Assembly (NCBI GenBank): GCA_964016885.1
Contig: OZ024745.1
Location: 42,966,001 to 43,030,000 of the forward strand
Reading direction: 5' to 3'
DNA length: 64,000 nucleotides
Origin: Eledone cirrhosa
Taxonomy: Eukaryota
A program made the translations under genes and the position numbers. The notes under the pieces were generated by a model. That model did no database searches. It saw only the letters and a list, made by a program, of their open reading frames with translations, and was not told where the DNA came from. Every line of letters starts with the position of its first letter. Positions within the stretch are counted from its first letter, which is position 1. Shown piece by piece: positions 48,870 through 60,920 of this stretch.

Positions 48870-51800
48870 CTAGAACATAAGAAATATTTCTAATAATTTA
48901 ATGCAAACACATTGATTTTTTTTTACTTAGGCACATGACCTATGATTAAAAGAAGAAGAGTTGCAACTAAGTAAACTGATCCCAGTATATTACTGGTAGT
49001 TATTTAATCATTGCCAGGGGATTAATGGATAAATCAACACTGGCTGTGTTTGAATTCAGAATATTGAAATTGAAACTAAGCCCAGCTCTCATAATCTGAT
49101 TAATAAATCAAAGTATCTTTTTATAAAATTATTGATTTATTACATCATCATCATCACCGTTTAACATCCATTTTCCACACTAGCATGGGTTATATGAGTT
49201 GCCCCATTGTGAGACAAGCCAGGTCTGATGACCATGACTTGCTCATACAGTACTGGTTTTGGCCTGGTTTCTATGGCTGGATGCTCTTCCTAACACCAAC
49301 CAATCTTAGTGTGTGCTGGGTGCTTACATTAATAGGAAAGGATGAGTGTTAAGCCCACACTGTAAAGTGGTAGTGCTGGTGTCACAATGAAAAGCACCCA
49401 GTCCGCTGTATAAGGTAGTGCTGAAGTTACAATAAAATGCTTTCAGTACATTCTGTAAAGTGGTTGACAGTAGGAAGGGCATACAGTCATAGAAACCATG
49501 CAAACAATGGAGCATACAAGCAAGACATGGTTACTTGACCAGTCTAAGCTCAGTCTGTGGCAATCTACCTAATCCAGTGGTGATGATGGCAGTAGTAGTG
49601 GTGGTGATGGTGATGATGATGATTTGTGAAAAGATATCAATGAAAAAATTTCAGTGAAAAATGAGCTCTAAGATAAAGTAAGAAAATCTCTCTCTAGATA
49701 TATGAAGGTTGCCAAAATAGAATAAAATTAATGAATAAAGTCAAGTGATTAAGATTAACTTCCAAGTCTTAGAAAAGATGAGACAATATAAATAGACATA
49801 ACAGCGTTTACCTGACACCTACTAAGAAGATCTTCTTCTTTTACCTTCACATTAAAATGTATTAGGACCTCTTTTAGTTGTTCCTTAACTTTTTGGCTAG
49901 ATACACAATAGCATTTATTTTGACCAAGTCTTGATGCAAACTGAAAATTTGAAAATATAAAATACAGTTAAAATATGAATAATTCCATGAAATATAATCT
50001 TTTTTTGATGAATTTTAAATGTCATGTTTAGATATGTACAAAATATTGTTCTGGCTTTTAATTTTCTTTTCTTCAGAAAATTATATAAAAAACTGTTTCA
50101 TCGTTCTCTTTGAAATTCTTTTTATTTCTTTCCACTCTTTTTTTTCAGATTTTTTTTTTCTTTGTCTATATTATTAACAAATTCTGGTAACAAGTTGATG
50201 GTGTTGCCGTACTATATATAAAGATATATATCCAACAAGATGGAAGGAGGAAAGGGCTATAGGATAACATATTGAATAAAATCTTGTAAATAAATAATAA
50301 GTTTCCTGGTTTTGTGGGGCTTCATTTATTGTCATGTTTTCATTGTGGTTTCACTTAGAGAAAAAAAAAAATTGTTGGCACTCCTTCAAAATGATTTATG
50401 CCCAAAACAATATCTAGCTTCTACAGGTAGCTGCCCAATTTCAACAATGAAAGCAAACAATAATGAAACCATTACAAAATCTTGAGAATCTCAATTGCAG
50501 AAAATAACTGAATACAGTTGATTGCTATAAATAATAGCCTAGAAAATTGATTTGAACTCAGAACATAAAGGGCCATAACTATATGCCGCAAAGCATGTTG
50601 TCCTACACTCTACTGGAATTCCACCATTCTCATGGAACCATAAATAATAATACATAATACATTATACATGGAGGCACATGGCTTAGTGGTTAGAGCATTG
50701 GCCTTGGCCTTGCAATCGAAAGGTTGTGAGTTCAAGTCTCAGATCAGGTGATGTGTTGTTTCCTTGAGCAAGACACTTTATTTGACATTGCTCCAGTTTA
50801 CTCAGCTGTAGAAATGAGATGAGAGGGACTGGGGTCCATATCATTCCACTGCAAAGTGGTCATGCAGCTGCCATGGCAAAAAAGCACCCAGCACTCACTG
50901 TAAATGAGGTTGGTGTTAGGAAGGGCATCCAGCTGTAGAAATCAAGCTAGAATCAGTTCCCGTCCCACCCTTGCAAGCAGGGAAAAAGCGGACGTAAAAA
51001 TGAAATGATGAATGATTAGTTATATTGAAAATCAAGAAAAAAAACAAACAACAGAAGCCTAATTGAAATGGAAAAATATATTTTAAAATGAGTATTCATA
51101 GACGTTTTTAAAGTAAACTTTGTCAGCTGATATTATCCTTACTGGTTAACCCTTTTGATGCCATTTCGCCCAAATTCAGCTCTAGTTCTATGAAGATAAA
51201 AAACACACCAATTTTAAAGGATACCTATTTAAATAAACCAAATATTTCTTCTTTTTCTCCTCCTTCTTCATCCACTTATTCCTGAGAAGGTCATGGAGGC
51301 AGAGTCCTCTTATGCCTTCCAGAAGGTCCTATCAGAAACAACCGTCTCCAATTGATCTGGCTGGATCCTCAAGTGAGAACAGTGGAGCTCATGGATGTTA
51401 TCCAACCATCTTGCTCGTGGTCCACCCCTGGGTCTCCTGACAGTTGGCTTTGGCTGTAAAATCTTTCCAATGATTCTTTCCTTGAACATTCTAACCACAT
51501 ACCCATAGCATTGGAGTAGTGATCTCTTGATTTGGAGACGTAGTGGCTCTACCTGGAACTACTCCCCAATCTCTGAGCTATGCAGACTATCAAGTAACAT
51601 TATTCCTAAGATCCTTGGGAGGAACCCCGTTTTGGTCACTTGTATTCATGATCATATTCTTTCAGTCATTAGCCAAAATTTATGACCATAGGTAAGGGTT
51701 AGCATGAATACCAAATTGAAGGTATCAAGTTTGGCTTTTACACCTACCTCCCTTCTTCTGAATACTGAGTGCTGAAGCTGGTGCATTACTGCACCAGCTC

Positions 51801-54800
51801 CTGTAATTCTTGCATTTAATTAAAATATTCCAACATAATTTTATATAAGAATCATATGTAATTGAAATATAGTGTATTTCATAATTAAAATATAATGTAA
51901 TTCATAAGAAATGCAGTCACAAAAGGGTTAAAGAAGTGAAAATGCCTTAATTCTTAACCCTTTTGATACCAAAGTGCCTGAAACCATGCTTGCTTCTATG
52001 ATACTAAACTGTTTATTTTTTATTATACTTTTGATCATAATTTTATGTAAGAACCTTTGATAAGCTATGTTTCAAACACCAGCTTAATAATAAAAGTTAT
52101 GTATATTACTAAATCCGTCAAAATTCTTGATTATTTTCAAAATTATTTGAAAATCTTAGGCAGTGTTTTTCATTATAAATATGGTAATGAAATGGTTAAT
52201 AGGTTGAAAGAAAATGAGAGAAATAGACAACAGATAACTTGCCATTTCGTATACTCTCCCTGCAGTCAAAACAATACGATCTCCTTGCAGTGCCAGCTGG
52301 AAAACAAAATTTTTTCTTCAGATTGTCAAGTGACTATCAAGTACATACAATGATTCTGATTATATTATACTTATTAATGCAATACATACATTATTAAATC
52401 TGGTTAAATCTAGAGAAAGTCTTTAACTAGATGTTATCACCAAAGGGCATTCACTACATAGAATAATGCCAGTCATCATCATCATCATCACCGTTTTACG
52501 TCCGTTCTTCCATGCTAGCATGGGTTAGACGGGTTGTCCTGTTGTGGGCAGTGTCTGGTCGGCTGACCATGCCTTGCTCATACACGAACTGATTTTGGCT
52601 TGATTTCTACAGCTGGATGGCCTTCCTAACACCAACCTCATTTACAGTGAATGCTGAGTGCTTTTTCCGTGGCGCCTACACGTCCACTTTACAGTGTGGG
52701 CTTGGTGCTTTTTTGCTGTGGCACCTCCACGACCACCTTGCAGTGGGAGGGTGTCGGGGCATATTGTTTATATGTTTTAGCTTGTACCCATGGGAGGTTG
52801 GGTACTCTGTATTACTGCGTGACGCCAGAGGTCACGGTCGTGTGTCATCGCCTTTGAGAGGTGTAATTGGGTAAGGTCGGCTTTTATTACCTCATCCCAG
52901 GTCTTCTTGGGTCTCCCCACTCCGTGGTTTCCATTGACTTCTAGTGCTCTGCACCTTTTTATGCAGCTGTCATCCTTCACACGCATCACATGTCCATACC
53001 AACGCAACCGCCTCTCCTGTATACACCATTTGATTCCTCTTATGTTCAGTCTCTCTCTCAATCCATTTATGCTTTGCCATTCGCGTATATTACTATTACA
53101 CATCCATCAGAGCATGCAGGCTTCGTTTCTTTCTAATCTACGCAAGTCTTCCACAGACAGCGCCCAGGTCTCACTACCATGTAACATTGCTGTTCGGATA
53201 GTAATTTTGGTAAAGGGGAAGGTCAGTTATATTGACTCCAGGTACTTGGCTGATACTTTATTTTCTTAACTCCGGAAGGTTGAAAGACAAAGTTGACCTC
53301 ACTGGGATTTGAATTCATAAAATAAAGAGTCAAAAGAAGTACTGCAAATCCTTTTTTCCAAGTTTCTACTATTTCTACTTATCTATCACCCTACTAAATA
53401 GAATAAAAACAAATTCACAGCTCATGCTAAGTAACTATGTATAGGGAAGAGGGTATACTAATATTTTCGCACCTACTTTTTCTTCTGCTAAATATTCATG
53501 GTAGTATTTAAATTAAAACAAATCTCACTCATGCTATCAGAAAAAAACAATGTAAAACATCATCTCCATTCTTTAATGTCCATTCTTCCATGAGGGTATG
53601 GTTTGGATGAGTTGGCACAGATGAAGTCAGTACTTAATTGAAGTTATTGTCTTCCTAGATAGCCTGGGGCCCACATCTCACATATATTCCGAAAAAAAAA
53701 ACACTAGATAATGAATTAGTTGTACTTTTTGTTTTTTGGAGAAATTGAGGGTAAAATTTGAAGCAAGTAAGCATAGCAAAACTGTTGCTGAGTCATCTAA
53801 ATAAGTATAAATGTATTTAAGAGCTAAGAAGTATAGCTACAATGAGAAAAGGAGAAATGTTTGTTAGCTGTGCATTGAATAGTATCTTTTGCTCTCCACC
53901 TGTACAACAAGTATGAAATGTAAATGCGATGAATGACCAGAGGCTACAGTGTTTTGACAATCAAAATTGAAGGGTTACAATATAGGCTTTGAGAGGACTC
54001 CAGTCGGGTTTAGCATGTAAAATAATCTTAGTACTGGTGCAATGATAAAATGCATCTATCTACTTTAAAGTGTCAGTGTTGCACCCATCATATCCAGGAA
54101 AGTGGTTGACATTAGGAAGAGCATCCAGCTGTAGAAACTATGCCAAATATGTTATGAAAGAGTTGCTCCAATTCATCTGGTCATGGACCATGACAAACCA
54201 TCCAACCTGTGCCAATGTGAAAAGGGAACATAAAATCATGATGATGATGGTAGATTTAACCATTAAAATTACCAAGTTACCAAAGTCTGACTTGTAGTGT
54301 TCTATGCTTCTTACTTCTAAAAACAGATCAATGAAGTAGAGGTAGGCACTACCTGTTTGTCAACCAAACTGTGAGTTAAGCAAAACTGTTTTTGCTCAGT
54401 CACAACATAAATATAAGCTCACATTCATTATGGCCTAGATGTTCTTGGTATGTATAGCAGAAGCACATTTTTTGTTGCAATCAGTATGTATATAAGTTTT
54501 GAGAATTTTTTTGTTGCTGTTTAGTTAGTGAAGAAGGGGGGTACCCATGACCACATTCAGGGCTTCCATGACTTGTGGAAGGAGAGGACAATGCTTGTAA
54601 CAGAGTGGGCTCAGCTATGTGCATCCAAGGACCAGGTGATAGAGTCAAACCAAGCAACAGATTAAGTCCACCACCTAAGATGTAGTGTAGTGGGATATAT
54701 AGTGAATAAAAGTGTCTGATTTTAGTTTATTAAGTGGAGTCAAATATGGAAGATATTAATTTCTAAAGTTATCAGCATATAATGAATAAAGTGTCAACTA

Positions 54801-57800
54801 ATTGATTCTTAAGATCCTGTACTACCATATTAGCAAGGCATTCTTGAAAAGTTCAGAAGAGCACTATGGTTGCATCATATTAAATGTTAGTCTTTACTTT
54901 AATATTGCCAATTTTCTCAATGGATTTTTTTCTGTCCAAAAGATACTATAAATATTTGAATTAACAAGCCTGTTTTTAGTAATTTTATGCTAAATTAATT
55001 CAGGATACTAAGAGGATTACATCTAGAAGATTACAGAATGCATACTGTGCATATATGTTTCAGAGAATATCTTTTATAACAGTAATAAAAAGAATCAATG
55101 CATGTTTCAAACTTAAAATAAAATTAATTGTTTCTACGTTAGGCACAAGGCCAGCAATTACCCAGTGTATTACTGGTACTTTATTTTATCGACCCCGTAA
55201 GGATGAAAGGCAAAGTCAACCTCGGCGGGATTTGAACTCAGATCGTAAAGGGACGTAACTATGCTGGAAAGCATGGCGTCCGACCTTCTACCAATACTGC
55301 CAATCCACCGCCTTAAAATAAAATTAATGTTAGAAAATGTTGGTAGATGATTGATTTAAATGTCACCTAAAGGGAACACATACTTAGGCTTTCATATGTG
55401 TGCAGTGGAGTAATCAAGAAATGAGAATGGTTCATTGCATGAGCAGAATATTGCTTAGAGAGAGAAAGACAAACACTGAATTGCAGAGGATGATGGGTAT
55501 GGAATCAGTGATGAGAGTTGTGAAGAGAAATGGAATGAGATGGTTGGGTGGTGTGTTGAAGAAGGATGAAAGTGACTAGATGAGAAGTGTTATGGAAATG
55601 AATGGAAAAGGAAATATCGAATCCCCCCTAAAAAAAAAAACACGGTTAAAAATGATGCCATGGAATTGGTGAGGTAAGATGAAGACAATAGGGCAAAATG
55701 GAGAAACTTGTCATGGAACATGCAAGGCTAAACCTGTTTTAGCAGGGAAGAGAGCCTGTTGTAGTTGAATAACCAAGAAGAATATTGAAGTTATATCATA
55801 GAATCACAAAAAGTATCTTAGTTGCTGACTTTAAAGCCTCTATGTCTATTAGTTATATTACAATGACTGCTAGTACAATAAGATTTTATACATATTGTGT
55901 ATACAAACTAACTTTATGGCTAATTCATTATCATCATTGTTGTTTAACATCTATTTTCTATGCTTGCATGGGTTAAACAGGTTGTCACGTACTGAGGCTA
56001 AACTGGTCAGGTGACGTCTTGCTTGTATGCTCCCAAATAGGCTGCAGACCAGATCAAGGAAGAAATAGTTAACTGTTCATTTAAAAAAGAACAAATCAAT
56101 ATTTTAAAATTGTAATCAACACTGTTTGTATCAGCAACTACAAGTTATCTGCAGAATCAATCTACAATACTCTAATATATTGAAGTGTCTTAAAATTAAT
56201 CGAATATAAACACAAAGTGTACACATAAATATGGGGTTAAGAAATTTGCTCTGCAATTAAATGGTTTCTGGCTCATTGTAGGACATTTTGGGAAAGTGTC
56301 TTTTACTATAGCTTCAAGCTGACCAATACTTTGTCAGAAAATTTGGAAGATGAAAACTGAAATCCCATCTTGTATATTACTGGAATTCTATAAGAATTCA
56401 GCCTCTATAATTCTCAGCATGGGCAACTGAGTGTGTGGCCTTGATAAACGCTCACAAGCGAGAAACAGGCTGTCTGTCAGCTGCTCTCTGTTGTTTTTGC
56501 CGAGAATAGCGAATGGTCTTCTAAATGTTTTCAATTAAACATACAGTATATTGCTAAATATACTATGCATACATTCATATATATATATATCATCATCATC
56601 GTTTAACGTCTATCTTCCACGCTAGCGTGGATGATAGACATTTACAGTGTGGACTGGGAACTTTTTACCGTGTGACCTACACGGCCACATTACAGTGTGG
56701 ACTGTGTGTTTTTTGTTGTGACACCTACACAATCTCAATAATTTGAACTGAATGTTGTGGTACCAACTTTACAGAGAAAGGGTGGTGTTGGTGGGAGTGG
56801 GAGTAGTGGGTTGGGGTGTATATTTGGTTAAGAGGTGCCTACTGACTGTATATATATATAAATTTAAGAAAAGTAACAAAAAGAGGACAAGACAACAAAT
56901 GGAAACGAAGCAAAACGAAAAACAATTTTTTAAGAGGAAACCTTAAAAAATTATTTTTCAAAAATAAAAATACAAAGGAAGGACACAGAACTCCAGGGTC
57001 ATTGATGATTTTCTTTGAATGAAACAGTTCTTGTCCTGTAGAAGCCATTTCTCTATATATATATGTCTTTTGTTTTTTCTTTCTACAGGAGTAAGAGAAT
57101 CATTTTCTATGAGTACTCAATACAAAATAGTAAAGAATGTAATAAAAAACCAAGAAGTTTTAAAAAGTCGGTACATACAATAGAAATATATAAAGGGCAA
57201 AGAATGACAAAAAATAAAACAAAGTAATATTTTACCCAGTATATTTCAAGGCTAGTACTCTTTTAAATTGTGAAGTAGAAATGGTTCGAAATGAATGATC
57301 AATGTGTCTTCCTTAACTGGCTTATGTATCTGAAATATGCATGCATGAAATCGTTACAGTAGCCAATCTGCTTCATGCATTTCCAGTTTATTATTTATCT
57401 GTGCTTTTTTTCTGTTTGAAGATAATGGCTTCTTTGATTTTTAAATTGCCCACATTCCTTTCCGTCGCCTCTAAGGTGACTTCAATGTCTTTGCTGCGGC
57501 ACCTGTCAAGATATTTTTTAACAGAAGCTCTTGTAGTCATGTACTTCTTGATCCGTATGTGCCAGCTGTTGAAACTTATCAATTTTTATTACTTATCCGA
57601 CAATGCTTCATGTTAACTATACTACTTTATAGTAAAGAATGCCTATTTATTTAACATAATTTATCTTTACATACATTTGTGTGTGCATCTGTTTCCACAT
57701 TTGTCTTCACATTGACACCATTTAACCCATTAGCATTTAAACTGGCCATAGCTAGCCAGAATTCTGTTCAAACGGGCCACTCATACTGACATTAAGGTAT

Positions 57801-59579
57801 TGTTTTCAAAATAAATAACATCAAAATCTCATAGATTCGATATTATGTGAAATAATTATGTGAGATAAAGTGTTTACCATGAAAATACAATAGTAAATAT
57901 AGATTAATGTAAATGTTAAAGGGTTAAGTAAGCTGCAGTGTTTCTTTGTTCCATAGCTTAGCATTTCAATGAAAATCAGTGGATTATGTAGCATATTAAA
58001 AAAGAAATATAGGTTGAAATTAGGAAGAGCCTTTGACTGTAAAATGCTGCCACAAGTCTCACCAAACCCATCAATTAGCATCCTTTTTTTCCTGCTTGCG
58101 ACCCATCCTGCTTGCTGGATGGGTCATCACAGATAAAAGTACCACTCAATCAGATGGACTGGAGGTCACATCTTGCTTACGTACATTCCTACACTTTACA
58201 TACTTTTATTGTGGCACCAGTACTAGGAAAAGTAGGCATAAAAAATTATGTAATCTGTTAGTATAGTGGATTGTGTAGTTTTTCTGTAGTGTGTGTGTGG
58301 TTCAGGGCAAGGTAAGAAGAGTAAGTTATAGGGAGAAGCTAGAATGTAATAAAATACAATATGATAATGATAATATGATGACTAGCTATAAGTGATTAAA
58401 CCACTAGACACCAGAGTTAAAGGTCAGCTACAAATAGTTCTTGAGAAAGCACATTATTTTTCTTACTTCAGTCTTATCTAGTTATAAAAATGGGTACTGC
58501 ACAATAAGATAGCTTGTAAGACATCTCTAGATAAAAGTAAAAGGCCTTTAATGCTTGACTGTCTTAGGGGTGCTGTCCTCACACAAGGTATATTTTTAAC
58601 TTAGAGGAGCCTATCCCTCTCCATGTTGGAACACAGCTGATTTCTTCCAGAGAAAGAACTAACCCCAATACTGGACTAGTACATTATTTATTGACTTAAA
58701 CAGGATGAAAGGCAAAGTTGACCGTAGCAGGATTTGAATTCAAAGCGCAGTGAACCAAAACAAATACTGAGGCATTTTTAATCCAACACCTTAATGACTC
58801 TACTAATTCACTGCCTTATAAACATCTTCTCCATAGAAGAAGAGAGAGTGATAGAGAGAAAATGAGAAGATATAGTGGAAGAATCGACCTTAGTACTGGA
58901 CTGGTACTTTTCTATCAACCTTAAAAGGCTGACCTCAGCAGGATTTCTGGAACAAATATCACAAAGTATTTTATCTGACGTTCTAATACTGAGGCATTCT
59001 TAATCCAACACCTTAATGACTTTACCAATTCACTGCCTTACAGACATCTTCTCTAAAAAACAAAGTGGAAGTGTGTGGCTAAGTGGTTAGGGATTTCGGC
59101 TGATGATTGTTAAGTTGTGAATTTGATACCTGGTAGTGCATTGTGTTCTTGCCTCAAAAGGTTCTGTCCAACCCATGCCAGCATGAAAAGGTTGATTTAA
59201 AAATGGTCACTAACCTCTGTACATGACAACCTGTCTAACCCATGCAAACATGGAAAGTAGACATTAAATGGTGATGATGATGATGATGATAATGTCTGTA
59301 GGAATTCTCAAAAAGGTTATCAAAAGGTTAAGAATTAAAATAAATAAAAGTCCATCCACTTACAGCTATAGCATCTTTATGATTTTGGTTCTTCATAATA
59401 AAAGTATCAACACCAACACTGCGGAGACTCCACCCCAAACCTTGAAGCATTGTATCAACGATGACTCGCAAATCATAAGGAGAAATTGAAGGTTTATCAC
59501 ATTGATGCAAAGACTTATCACTGTCTAGGGAGCACATGAAGTCACTTTTATCTATTTCACAGTTGACTGATTTTTCTTC
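48447..59579 (-). CDS. EXD3: Exonuclease mut-7 homolog (EXD3), last four coding exons (Mut7-C domain); 5' part lies beyond the window
   Basis: Exons 59364-59579, 52243-52296, 49812-49940 and 48447-48869 are all phase 0. They give LRVIVDTMLQGLGWSLRSVGVD...DRIVLTAG...HFNVKVKEEDLLSRCQICN...FYCCISCGKVYWDGCH, the Mut7-C PIN-like fold plus zinc ribbon. Confidence 0.9.
49812..49940 (-). CDS. EXD3: EXD3 penultimate exon
   Basis: FASRLGQNKCYCVSSQKVKEQLKEVLIHFNVKVKEEDLLSRCQ. Confidence 0.9.
50672..51015 (+). mobile_element. tRNA-derived SINE family B with an RTE-derived 3' tail (copies at ~31720-32072 + and ~29465-29755 -)
   Basis: A-box TGGCTTAGTGG, B-box GAGTTCAAGTC, central ccttgagcaagacacttta domain; the 3' half matches the RTE 3'UTR. 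Confidence 0.85.
52243..52296 (-). CDS. EXD3: EXD3 54-nt exon with GC donor
   Basis: LALQGDRIVLTAGRVYEM supplies the R-I-x-L-T motif of Mut7-C; ttttccag acceptor, G|GCAAGT donor. Confidence 0.82.
52473..53200 (-). mobile_element. 5'-truncated RTE copy of the same family in an EXD3 intron
   Basis: High identity to 11905-12640; ORF 52777-53103 matches the RTE C-terminus. Confidence 0.92.
55129..55312 (-). mobile_element. SINE family A, full length, with 16-bp target-site duplication
   Basis: Flanked by ttaaaataaaattaat at 55113-55128 and 55313-55328. Confidence 0.9.
57391..57635 (-). mobile_element. Penelope-like GIY-YIG endonuclease relic
   Basis: Degenerate KVVY.LTC...LHIRIK...SVKK.L..C...E.N...LKIKEAI.IK resembles the PLE endonuclease C-terminus. 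Confidence 0.5.
59364..59579 (-). CDS. EXD3: EXD3 exon (start of Mut7-C)
   Basis: EEKSVNCEIDK...PYDLRVIVDTMLQGLGWSLRSVGVDTFIMKNQNHKDAIA; ccag acceptor, GTAAGT donor. Confidence 0.9.
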
Positions 59580-60169
59580 CTGGAGAAAAAGTTAAAAAAG
59601 TATCTTCTGGAAATTTATTTAAAAAGTAAAAAAACAGACAAAATTATTATGTATTAAATATTTATCTTTGAAAAAAAAACAAAAAAAGAAATATTTATTT
59701 TTGATACATCATTATTATTATTTATTTATTTAATTTACTTCCTAATATAAACATTGTTCATTATATCACCAGGTTCCAGTCCATTGTTTCAGAGATAATG
59801 ATATTTAATCCCAGCTCAGATTTGACTATATCTGCTAGGCAGAAAGTGTTCAGCTGTGTCCACCCATTTTAGTTTCAGGCACAGTGTATCTCAGAATACA
59901 TTATCCAATGTCCTCTCTTTTTTATAGAGTGTGTTTCGAAGGAGATTTTGCTGCCTTTTCTAGCAGGTCGAGTAACCATGTAGAAACTCCTCCATTGCAT
60001 TGGTTTGTTTCGGTTTTAGAGAGGCGCATGTGTATGTATTGCAATTGTTTATGAATGCATGTATTATATATATGTATTGCATTGCTTATGAATGCATATA
60101 TTATATATATATCATCATTGATGATATGCATTGCATTTGTTTATGAAGACAAAAGTCCTAATAAATAGG

Positions 60170-60920
60170 AAAGAAGACAGGAGAGTGATACCATCAGGGA
60201 AGAGGCCTTGTTCGATATGTCAGAAATTCCATAAGGTGACCACAGTGTAATTTATGGACGCAGAAGAAATGTAGGGATTGCAGGCAGGCTAACGGAAAAG
60301 ATAGACTTTGTATACGGCAGATGCATAGAAGTAAGCACTAAGAGCACATGTGAAATAAATTCCTTCAGTTACCAGGGAGTTTGTTACCTAGGTGGTCAAA
60401 TTAGCAGTGGGGAAAGATGTGCCGAAAGTGTGATAACTAGGATAAGACCAGGCTGGAAGAAGTTTAGAGATCTATTACCGCTGCTGACAACAAAGGGTTT
60501 TTCGCTCAGAGTGAAAAGTAGATTATATGATGCATATGTGTGAACTGCAATGCTACATGGCAGTGAAACATGGGCTTTGACCACAGAAGACCTGCAGAGG
60601 TTAGAAAGAAATTAATCGAGTATGCTCTGATAGATGCATAATGTTAGTGTACATGAGCAATATAGCATAAATAAACTGAGGGGAAAATTTGGCATAAGAG
60701 GAATTGGATGCAGTGTATAAGAGAGAAGACTATATTGTTATGGATATGTGATGTGTATGGAAAATATTAACTGCAAAAAGAAATGCAGAGAAATCCCAGT
60801 GGCTGAGCAAACCTATGAAGACTAGGGAGAAGGTTGTGAAGACTGACCATAAAAAATTAAACCTCTCAACAGAAATGACAAAGGACTGTAAGGGCTGGCG
60901 CTATGCTGTGCTAATGAAGG
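60170..60920 (+). mobile_element. Older decayed RTE fragment (similar relics at ~27650-28125, 18640-19020, 16880-17210, 21200-21520, 37960-38160)
   Basis: Degenerate GWKKFRDLLPLL and MLHGSETW motifs with stops. Confidence 0.75.

Noticed and set aside
58765-59053. ~65-bp direct duplication (also 31262-31318 and 29-bp units at 26526-26626)
   Set aside because: Ordinary local duplications in intronic or SINE-derived DNA
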